Below, one piece after another: positions 1 through 14,201 of a stretch of DNA of 64,000 nucleotides (its first letter is position 1; every line of letters starts with the position of its first letter). The stretch covers positions 1 through 64,000 of the forward strand of contig JYFJ02001119.1 in the NCBI GenBank assembly GCA_000934665.2, read 5' to 3'. The notes below the pieces were generated by a model. That model was not told the DNA's origin, searched no databases, and saw nothing but the letters and a program-made list of their open reading frames with translations. The position numbers and the translations under genes are program-made. This stretch comes from Catajapyx aquilonaris. Its lineage: Eukaryota.

Positions 1-9
1 GGTTGCCAT
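1..9 (-). CDS. Start (Met-Ala-Thr) of a second BTB-Kelch (IPP-like) paralogue whose body lies left of the window
   Basis: Bases 1-70 align with 4212-4290, which contain the start codon and splice acceptor of the kelch gene (gttgccattgcgtcttgaaatttg vs gttgccattgccgccgccattgcctcttgaaatttg). The upstream flank 1-1300 is also homologous to 4212-5680. Confidence 0.6.
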
Positions 10-1300
10 TGCGTCTTGAAATTTGTACATAGAGTCTGGTGCTTTCACTGTAAAAAACAAAATAATATTCATGTGAAAAATGATTTGCAGTGAAATTGTT
101 TCACTTATTTGCATAAGGGTCATTCGAATAACAAAAAGGCAAAGGACATTTGGTTGAAATAATTGATGTGGCTTATAAAGCACTTTTCTCAATGTAACAA
201 TAGACATTAAAGTCCTGGTGCACAGGAAGTGGTGAATGGCTCTGCCAGCTGAGGTTTGGTTTGGGGAGAAAGAACCAGTCCGGGGGGGGGGAATACTCTC
301 GGCATCGGCATGAGCGTATGTATACCTCTTTCCAGTGATCAAACGTCCTCCTCCTGCACTCCTTCCACGTCAGTCCAAGACTCCAGGAGGCCACCAGTGA
401 CACGGCGTTGCTCCAGGAATGTCCTCCAGCGTCGTCTCCACACGTGTGCCACACGTGGTGAGAAGCAAGGACGAGCAAGGAAATGCTTTTGCAGCCCACG
501 CCATCTGCCATGCCACCTTTACATATCAATTTTAAATTCACTCCACATCAATTTAATAGTTTATCCTCACGTGATTTTTTTTCTAATTCGGCTTAAATTA
601 TATTCTGCAGCGCAATTAATTAGGAAGACGTGACATGGATTATTTGGACGCAACCACGCAAAGGCGGCAAGTTCGAACTTGTAAGGAGATACCGTAATTA
701 CCTGAATAAGAAAATAAATTTTGCCTGTTCTTACAGAACATTTGATCATCAGAAGTTACTACAAGAAGTTATTACAATGAAACTCGATTAGTAATAAATC
801 CAGGTTCCATGCTGAAATGTAAATATTATTGCCACAATAATCATTAGGAAAAGGGTTGACAGGAAGCAGTAACTGATGGCACATACATTTTGGAGTTAAC
901 CATTATTGTATTTATTAATACGGAAAAATATGCCTACCGGTATATCAGTATGAGTGGTGAATGAAATATAATCATAATCCAAGATTATGCTCCCACATGT
1001 TCCAAACACCTCAAAACCACATTGAAAATCTAATTTGCAAATGTGACGCATGTTGGCATTTAAATGTTACTGTGGTTCACATTGTAGGAAAATGTGTTAC
1101 AACTATCAAATTAACAATTGGACAAGTCCAGGGGCGTTCAGCAAAAAAAAAAAAAAATGAAATTATTGCTCCAAATATCATTAAATGAAAAATAAAATGT
1201 ATAACATACAGTCATAATGGTTATATTTCGAGTTCAAACAAAGATGCTACTGGCTAAATAACACAATTACAATAAAAAACTAAATGACAAATGTGACAGA
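1..1300. repeat. Copy A of a diverged tandem segmental duplication (copy B ~4212-5680)
   Basis: Colinear similar blocks: 112-130~4343-4360, 293-425~4900-5030, 748-815~5140-5205, 1003-1060~5395-5450, 1250-1297~5633-5677. Confidence 0.85.
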
Positions 1301-1940
1301 AATGTTAGTGGAATTTAAGCATCATTAAACCAATAAACTTAATCACAAAGTCCACTTAGATTCTTAGAGTGTAAAGAAACAGAAAAATGCACAAACATAA
1401 ATATGTTTTTATCACAACTTGTTGAAAAAGCACAGCATCCCTTTTGCAATAATAAAAGAACAACTTCAAACACGCATCTTTCCTTGTTTCAGAACATGAT
1501 CCAAATAAATATTTTTCAGTCAGATCCCAAGTAGGTACACACAAGAAAGTTACATAAAATGATATCCTGACTGTGACGAACACAGTGTTTCTTGAATGTA
1601 AAAAATACAGCAAACCACTGGCATGTGCACAACAATGTCTACTTTGAAAGGCACCTAACATTTCATCAACTTGTTATTGAAAAATGTTCTAAAGAAAGTG
1701 GATATTACTGGATAACTCTGTTTCTGCACGTGGAACTCGCTGGTTAACATCGTGAGCAGAGTATAAGTATTGACGTTTCCTCAAATGTTCCTTATGAATA
1801 TCGTGACACAGTTGCCCCAACCTGACCTAACTCAAGGCAATGCAACATACTAAAAAGAGAAACTTTGGAAGATACTAGATGCACAACCCAGCCCATTTTC
1901 ACCCTACCATCCGTCACATGCCAAAAGGTGCACATTAGGC

Positions 1941-2232
1941 GTCCCACCCTTTATTGACAAATCTGCCCAACACAACCCTGGACCCTCCCACTTTGCAAGG
2001 TTTCATGGAGATGCCCTCAAGCAACAATACGAGTAAACATGTGTCAACAAAAAATAACATAGTTTACTAGTATTGTTGCATGGAAACTTGAAAAGTGGGA
2101 GGGCCCAGGGTTGTGTTGGGCAGATTTCCATTGACTACGAGTCAGTAAACAAAACGATGATGTCCATTGGAAGTTAGCATGGCCGGCCTGCCTATAGGAG
2201 TTGGTAAGCGAAATGTCAAGAAAGGGTGTGGG
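1941..2232. repeat. Long imperfect inverted repeat / fold-back
   Basis: 1959-2007 is the reverse complement of ~2079-2128 with few mismatches. 2021-2041 pairs with 2058-2079 around a ~16-nt loop. An outer pair is 1941-1958 / ~2214-2232. Confidence 0.85.
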
Positions 2233-2303
2233 CCGGCTATCTCTCTCATTAACAGCGTGATGATAAGGCAGTTTCCAGGTTAAGTCCTGCACAATGATAA
2301 AAA

Positions 2304-4232
2304 TCACAATATAACTATACCTATCTTTCTTCTTGCACAACTCAGGGGAGGCACCTCAGAAGCCACCCCACCATCATCATCATCACCACCATCATCAGAG
2401 GCACCCCACCATCTGCTATACATTGGGTCATAACTTGTCACTGTAGAAATCATTTCAGTGTCACGAAACGTAGGTGTGTCTCCACCTATGGCATAAAGAG
2501 TACCACCAGTAGCAAATGCTGTAGTGTTAGTCAGAGGTATGTTCAATTGTGATACCTTCATCCATTCATTACGTTCAAATGAATACATGTCTACAGCCTT
2601 GGAGGCCAAAATGTTCTCTCTCTTATTACATCCACCCACTACATACATGTGATCATCTAAGATAGCTACAGCCACCTCCCTACGAGGTTGTGGCCAGAGA
2701 GCCAACTTGGTCCACTCACCAGTTGTTGGGTTGTACGACACAAAGTCTTTCACATAAACATGCTCCTGCCCTCCCCATCCACTGATCATGTAAATTAACT
2801 CCTTATGTGAAACTACAGACATGCTTCTTCGCGCATCAGGCATTTGTCCAATTACACTCCACTGCTTGGTTACAGGGTTATACTTCTCAATGCTTTGGAG
2901 GATATTTTCTGTATCACGCCCTCCAAATGCATACAGGCAGCCATTCAATTCACATAGACCAAAGTCTGAGCGTGGAACTTGCAAATTAGCAATGTCATGC
3001 CACCAGCCCTCTTTATCACCCGTGGTGCTAACCAGAGTACTTCCTGATGGTTGTCCTTTTATCCTACCACCTACAACATAGATGTCACCATGCAAGGCAG
3101 CATATCCTGGGGCTTCACGACGAGCAGGCAGAGGAGGCATTGACACCCATTTTTGGTTTAACGGACATAGGCGCTCCACAGAGCATGATTTAACATTTCC
3201 AAAGATATCAGCAATGTATGAATCACCTTCACTGAAGCTTCCAGAGCTATTATCTGCACCATTACTCTCATATTTATCTAAGCCATAATCCCAAATAGTT
3301 TTTTCCCGCCAACCACCTATTGCAAATATGTTTCTCAAAGCCATTTTCCTATACTGTGCATCTGGCTTTACAATATCACAAGTACCCTTGAACACCTCAT
3401 CAAATGTGACCTGCAGTGCAGCTTTTACAGATTCATCTTTACAGGAGTCTACAGCTTTTAGCAACAATCTGTGTGGGATCAACGAAAGCCTCACTTCTTT
3501 CAGTAATTCTGACAGGTAACAAAGCCTTTGCTTCGATGAACCTTCAATCCAGCGAATCACTGCAGAAAGAACATAATATTCTGATTGAATTTTCAGTTCT
3601 TCACTACACAGCAACTTTGAAAGAAAATCTTTTGGTATCTCCAAAAATTCATCACTTCCACACACCAAAGAAAAGTTATCACAAATGTAATCATGTGCAG
3701 CTGATTCTAAGCTCTCACAGTTGTGCTTGCTTGCAAATGCATGGAATCCTAATACATTTGATTCATCCAATTCATCAATCAAAAAATCTGCGCACACATC
3801 TTCTAGATCAACAAGCTGAAGCATGTTGGCGGCAACAAGCAGTTCTTCCACATTGTCTTGTGTCAAAGAAACTTGTCCTGAGTACACAAAGTCCACTACG
3901 ATTAACAGAGTTGCAGGAGACACTCCCCTAATCACTACCTGTGACTGCCGTGCTTCTGCAAGTCCACCAGTAAACATAGCCTTGAAGTAAGGGCTTGCCG
4001 CAGAGAGTATGTTTCGATGGGCTTGGATGGAAATCCCTTCAGAAATCAACTCAACGTCACAGAAAAGGGACGATTGGCGCAGGTCTTGCAACTGTTGCAA
4101 CACTGATGAAGGATAACCACTTGAGGTGACATCTTGCTTCTTTGATTGTTTCGTGACTGGATTTGGCTTCATGGCATCCCTGCCATCATCTCTTGAGAAG
4201 GGAGATGATGTAGTTGCCATTGCCGCCGCCAT
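2304..4232 (-). CDS. IPP: BTB-BACK-6xKelch protein, IPP/KLHL27-like, intronless CDS (~642 aa)
   Basis: BTB domain (FCDVELISEG..AHRNILSAASPYFKAMFTGG), BACK domain and six Kelch GG..Y..W repeats. IPP-like segments are DESVKAALQ, YSFERNEW and the ARRKIGIVIL terminus. The ORF track start at 4355 lies in an intron; an acceptor tttccag at ~4271 precedes the ATG at 4232. This is a divergent paralogue rather than a proven orthologue. Confidence 0.85.
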   Translation of the reverse strand: MAAAMATTSSPFSRDDGRDAMKPNPVTKQSKKQDVTSSGYPSSVLQQLQDLRQSSLFCDVELISEGISIQAHRNILSAASPYFKAMFTGGLAEARQSQVVIRGVSPATLLIVVDFVYSGQVSLTQDNVEELLVAANMLQLVDLEDVCADFLIDELDESNVLGFHAFASKHNCESLESAAHDYICDNFSLVCGSDEFLEIPKDFLSKLLCSEELKIQSEYYVLSAVIRWIEGSSKQRLCYLSELLKEVRLSLIPHRLLLKAVDSCKDESVKAALQVTFDEVFKGTCDIVKPDAQYRKMALRNIFAIGGWREKTIWDYGLDKYESNGADNSSGSFSEGDSYIADIFGNVKSCSVERLCPLNQKWVSMPPLPARREAPGYAALHGDIYVVGGRIKGQPSGSTLVSTTGDKEGWWHDIANLQVPRSDFGLCELNGCLYAFGGRDTENILQSIEKYNPVTKQWSVIGQMPDARRSMSVVSHKELIYMISGWGGQEHVYVKDFVSYNPTTGEWTKLALWPQPRREVAVAILDDHMYVVGGCNKRENILASKAVDMYSFERNEWMKVSQLNIPLTNTTAFATGGTLYAIGGDTPTFRDTEMISTVTSYDPMYSRWWGASDDGGDDDDGGVASEVPPLSCARRKIGIVIL

Positions 4233-4399
4233 TGCCTCTTGAAATTTGCAGGCAGAATCAGGTACTTTCCCTGGAAACAAATATTCACATGAGGTAATTA
4301 TTTGCCATGCAATTTTCCCATGTACCGTGTTTGCAATGTTCTGCGTAAGGGTCATTCAAACACCCAGATTTGTCCCTTGCCAATTATTGTTGCGATACA

Positions 4400-4693
4400 C
4401 CGAAGCAGTTTGGAGTAGGGGATATGGTGTCCGACTGCTAATCGGGAGGTCCTGAGATCAAATCCCGGTGCCGGCAACTCTGACCATGCATGGTTTTTCT
4501 GTGGTTTCCCACGGTCCTTCCAGGAAAATCCCAAAGTTGTTTCCGTAATTAATAGGCCCCAGCCGCTTCCTTCCGTCCCTATCCTATCCCAAAAAGTGCA
4601 GTAAAATGAAAGCAAAGAGTTCCAGGCAAAACAAAAAAGAAACTTCCCCCCCTAAAGAGCCGATGGCTGATAACGGGGTATGAATTATTATTT
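4400..4693 (+). mobile_element. tRNA-derived SINE with 17-bp target-site duplication
   Basis: A-box-like tggagtagggg (4411-4421) and B-box-like gagatcaaatccc (4454-4466). The body has ggtttttctgtggtttccc...ggccccagccgcttccttcc, typical of arthropod SINEs, and a short (tta) tail. Identical flanks attattgttgcgataca at 4383-4399 and 4694-4710. It is absent from the paralogous copy at 1-300. Confidence 0.85.
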
Positions 4694-6208
4694 ATTATTG
4701 TTGCGATACATTATTGCAATATCTTCCTGTAATAATGTGCTCTTTGGCAAATTTTCATTTGAATGACCCATCTCTTTCTTTATGTAGGCGGGAGAGAGAG
4801 GAGTCACAAAAGTGGAGGTGCAGAGATGCAAGGGAACATATGAGAAAGTGGACAAAAGGTACCTCATGTGCACGAGTGCACCGCAGCTTTGAAGTGACTA
4901 TACTCTCAGCATGAGCGTGTGTATACCTCTTTCCAGTGGTGGTGTCTCCTCCTGCACTTCTCCAGCCTTCTCCCACTGCAGCTCCAGACTCCAGGAGGCC
5001 CCAGTGACCCAGGGTTGTCCCAGGAATGTCTTTTCTTCACACGTGACGTGCACGTGACCGTTGCTGCAACATGTGCAGCCCACGCCATCTGGCGGGCAGG
5101 GCGGGCAGGCAACGTGAGGGGTATATCCCTCAGATTATTATCAGAAGTTACTAATTACAACGAAAATTGACTAGTGACATATATACCCAGGTTCTATGCT
5201 GAAGAATAGTGTATAGGCATGATCAGCGTTTAAAAAAAGGATCAATGACACTATAATCAGGAGGAAGCTGGAGGAATAAGTGATAAGTGATGGAACATAC
5301 ATACAGTATATTTCGAAGATAACCATTTTATTTTGAAATAAGAAAAAAACATGCCTAAGAAGTACACATAATGAATTATGCCTCCTCAGGATGCAAATAC
5401 CCAAATACCACATTAAAAATCAAATTGGCAAATGTGACACATTTTGGTTTTGAAACACTGCTTTACTATCATTCACATTGTAGATTTGTAGGAAAGTACA
5501 TCTAAGAACTATGCCCAGGACATGGGCATTCACTTTGAAAAATCATTGTTACTACAAATAACAAAAAATTATAATTTAAATGGATGACGCACAAAATGGT
5601 CAGATTTGAATTAAAACGAAGCAAGAAGTTCTTGGCTCAATAACAACTGCAGTAAAAAAAAAAATGACAAATGTGAAGCATGTATACATTCCAGGCGGTG
5701 GATTAACATTTCAACATTAGGGTGTGAGACTTCTTACAACCAAGCTTTTGAGGCTATAATGTGCCCAATATGTGAACTTGCAGAAAAAATTAATGAGTTT
5801 GGTGTTCCAAATAACATGAAAATAACAATGCATCATACCTTGATCATACTTATTCACACACCAGTACCAATACAACAAAATGTAACAATCTCGTTCATGG
5901 CATGATCAGGCTTTGGTCCATGATTGTTCAACCACCACCAATCACAAAAGCTTATACACTTTCAGGAGGGAATATGAAAAGACAACATTACTTACATTTT
6001 GCCAATAAGTTTAAACTACTCAAAAATATGAGCATATATAGAATCCAAGTGGTAATAGTCATCGTGGAAATACCAACCACCAAATAAGTGCGAATAACTG
6101 CTGTATTTCTCTCATTGTATTACATCACACATATAATCATGTTCATTATCTTTCACTCTCAATCTCTTTTCAAAAAATTAATTGTCCCACATAATAATTA
6201 TGTATGCA

Positions 6209-6859
6209 TCAGACATCATATGACAATCCCTGGTACTGGAAAACCCTGTACACGTCCTGTCCTCCAGATGTGCATGGCAAAAATACTTGGACTGGAAGGT
6301 CACTCAGGCCGTATTGATGTTCTGGCAAATCAGCCTCACCCAGATGAGCACCTGGATGGCCAATGTGGATCTGCACTCCACTCCTCGGCAGCCTCGGCTG
6401 CAGCACAAGTTGTTGGCCAGGCACAGCAGCTCCTTCCCCTCCTTCCGAAAGCTGGTCACGCAGCATCTGCACGTGGCCAGATACACCGCCAATAACCAAC
6501 CGCTGTCGTGGCTGGAGGTTGAAAACTGCTGGAGCAGGAATGATGGGGACCGCAGCCTGTGCAATTACAGGTTGTGCTGCTGCCTGCTGCTGCTGCTCCT
6601 CTTCTGGCAGCTGGTAATGCTGGCCCAGTGCTTGTATGAGTTGCTGCAGCATCACATATGGGTACGTAGTGGTCAGAGGTACCCGGCAGATTGGGCAGCG
6701 GTACAGTCCAGGCTTGCATGCAGAGCAGAAGTGGTGCCCATTCACACACTGAACCACTTCTCCGGATGGCAAGTACAGGCAGACTGGGCATCTCAGCTGG
6801 GCCTCTATCTCCTCAGGCAGGACTGGCTTTCCAGCAGCATTCTTCTGATCCCCTGACAT
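6209..6859 (-). CDS. RING-finger (C3HC4, Sina/SIAH-like RING) protein, 216 aa, putative E3 ligase
   Basis: CPVC-x10-C-x-NGH-xx-CxxC-x6-CPxCR, followed by a Q/A-rich linker. The ATG is directly preceded by an acceptor (tttacag|ATG), implying upstream exon(s). Confidence 0.75.
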   Translation of the reverse strand: MSGDQKNAAGKPVLPEEIEAQLRCPVCLYLPSGEVVQCVNGHHFCSACKPGLYRCPICRVPLTTTYPYVMLQQLIQALGQHYQLPEEEQQQQAAAQPVIAQAAVPIIPAPAVFNLQPRQRLVIGGVSGHVQMLRDQLSEGGEGAAVPGQQLVLQPRLPRSGVQIHIGHPGAHLGEADLPEHQYGLSDLPVQVFLPCTSGGQDVYRVFQYQGLSYDV

Positions 6860-9458
6860 CTGTAAATAATTGGCAACATTACTACAGTTAGCCTTGCAAC
6901 ATAAGTATATATCATGCTAGTTTGTTTTCTGCACCATCAAGAGTGATAAGTATTTGGATGCAGATGTCTACAAAAACTACGTAGAATGTTATGGTGGTGA
7001 TCGCAGAGAATTCTGATCTTCAACCAATTTCCTATCAGTACATATTATCTGTTTTTCTACAAACTTTGCACAACCATGTGCAATGCAGTAAAACCTGCCT
7101 AACTGGAAATAGCCAAAACTGTAGCTAGTCTTGCAAAAAATATATTTACTTGGAGAAAACAATTGAGATACATGTTAACGCATTTTGAGCAATTTTTCAT
7201 ATTTTAGTGTTGTCTGATAAAGTGCAAAATTGTCTATGTTAAAAGATTTTTTGCCAAGTAGCATGCGCATCTATGCAACATACAGATTTCAATTGTCACC
7301 TTAGTTCTTCACCATACTGGGTGCGCTAGTTTCTCATATTTAAATGGATGTTCATGAATTGACTGAACCAGGCTGATTGACAAGCAAGCTTTGTCAGGGA
7401 TAGCCAGCGTCGATGTCAGCAGTCAACATCTCCTAGAGACCTAGATGGAGTGTCGTTGGCCACTTCGCTGCCAATAAAATCCACAAAATAATTTATCCCA
7501 CAAATATTTCAATACTGTACCACATTTGAAATTAAGCTATACCTGGAAATTGTTCGCTTATCACTTGAACACATTCCTTTCAAAAATATTTTCCCCTTTT
7601 GAGCGTACTTGATGTGCTCATCAAGACAAGGCCTCTTAAGAACCCCTGTATACTTACTATACACTTGGCTAGCCTATTTCATTATGAATATACCTGCCCC
7701 TAAAGTGCATCTACAAGAACTGATATCATCAGGTCTAGTCCCTCTCATTTAAAAACTGTGTGCACTGGATAATATTTTCAAAGCATCGCTTAGAGAATTT
7801 ACTCACATTTTGGAACACAATGGATTTGGGGCTCTCAGAACAATAGTTGTGCATTGAAACACCAAAGTGACTGGGTGTTTGAGCCTCTGTGAGTCATTGT
7901 TGATGGAAAAACCCTGCACCCGTACTACGCTGTAATATTGCATTGAGTTCATATGGTTCACCGTATACATACCTTTGGAACAAAGTGTGATGGAGTCAAC
8001 AGGTGTGGACAGGCGACGACGACAGAAGAGCAGCCAGCAGAAGTCCTGGTAGTTGTAGCAGAGGAGCCGGACGTGTCTGGAGGGAGGGACGAAGGTGGCT
8101 CAAACAGGAAAACAGAGGGATTAGAGGGGACAAAGGGAAAGGTAAAGGTCAGGGTGGGAGTGCTCAGGAGGGGAAGGAAGGTCAAGGAATGAGTCACAAG
8201 CACTCAAAGACACAGCCTTTGAGGGGAACAGAGCCGCGAATGAGGAGAAAGAAGCGGTTTTCATGACTCATCTCCAACATAGGGAGCCCCTGAGACCAAT
8301 TTAGACTGAGGTTTGGGGGAACGGGTTTTCCGCCCTAACACGTCCGAATAAAATAATACAGAGTTAACATGATAATTTCGTGGCAACGCGACGTTGCAAA
8401 TAATTATGTTTATGACCAAAGAACGGATTTCTAGGCTTTTACCTCTTTTTTTCATTTTGTATAGGCAGAGGAACCATCTATCCGTTTTATAACACAAGGA
8501 TCTCAAAAATCGTAGTTTTATAAACCCTAGAATTGCCTATTTTCGGACGTTGGGACCTAAAATGTCCTATTAGCGCCTATTTATTACGCCTCTTTGACGG
8601 AATTTCGTAATATTTTCTCGACAGTTTTTACGTGTTTTCCGTTCAATAAGTCCATCTAGCTCCCGCTTCAACGTGAATAGCAAAGAAGCTGTAGCGAGTG
8701 TAATAGCCTACAGCAAGAGCTCTTGCCTACAGACATGCCGGATGAACTGGCTGTACAAGCAGACATTTAACTTTTCAAGAATGATCCAGTTGCTTTGTGA
8801 GACGTCGACAGGTCATTTTCAGCGTATCAAGTTGTACTGTCACACCAGCATCGCGGACAAATAATAATTAAAAAATTAAATTAGTAGCAACTGCTAATTT
8901 GTTACTGTGTTGCAAAATAGTACATGGCCAAGAGTGGTAAGGATTAGAACTTGCATGGGTCTGAAAATAAATTAGAACCTGCTTGATTTTTAGTGCCTAT
9001 TTAAGAGCCTATTTTAACTATTTAGCTGAAATTCACGATAAAGATTTTTACTATCGCAAGGAATTTCTAGTAGAGCATTAAGAAACACATTTCAAAATTG
9101 TGTAATATATATTTCAAATTATACGTTGCTTTCTGCTGACTATAATGCAACATAACCAGGTTGTTCTGTTAACTTTTGTGATCAATTTTTATGTTTGCTG
9201 GTCACATACTTTAATAACCAAAAAAAATGTAAATATGCACTCATAAATGGACCGGAAATTTATTGTGGCAGTTCTTTTGTTACAAAACTTGTTTTCGGTG
9301 GTTTTTCCTATTAAGAAGCATCGATGAAAGAAATAGTTTCATCATAGCCATTTCTGTTGATTAACAGAAATGTCTATAATAAAACAGAATTTCTTACAAC
9401 CCAAGGACACTATTCTATAATATACCGTTCTTTGTACATGGTAGCAATCAAGAGTAAT

Positions 9459-13801
<4,343 letters not shown>

Positions 13802-14201
13802 CTTGGAAAAATCATGGTTGCCAACAGGTCGAACATGTGGCGACGCCTTTTACATGTTGGCAGCCTGTTCCGCCGCGTGATTTGAACCAAAAGTCAAACT
13901 CAAAAAGCTACAAAAAATAAATAATAAAAAAAACGCTAGGAATTTATGGTCAAAATAATACATATTTTTTGTGGAGTTGTAGAAAAGTTGCAATGTTCAT
14001 GTGCAAAAATGTGTTGCAATACAAAAAAAATAAAAATGCTGAAGATATGTTGCAAGGCATAGTACTGATTTTTATTACTTTCCATGACTATAACTAAACA
14101 TGGCAATAATCTTTCTCTAAAAACTATGCATTTTACATTCCAATTGAGTAATTGTCAGATATAATGGTAAATATTCATAATTATTTTTTTTTTCCAATTC
14201 A

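Noticed and set aside
173..633. Similar short ORFs in the two duplicated blocks (HWKEVY.RSC)
   Set aside because: The similarity derives from the DNA duplication, and indels shift frames between the copies, so there is no coding constraint.
4233..4355. N-terminal 41 aa of the 683-aa kelch ORF
   Set aside because: It crosses a splice acceptor at ~4271, so the upstream part is intron and the real start is likely 4232.
4400..4475. tRNA gene calls at 4400 and 23967
   Set aside because: Pol III boxes are present, but no clean cloverleaf or poly-T terminator. Each continues into a SINE body and tail.
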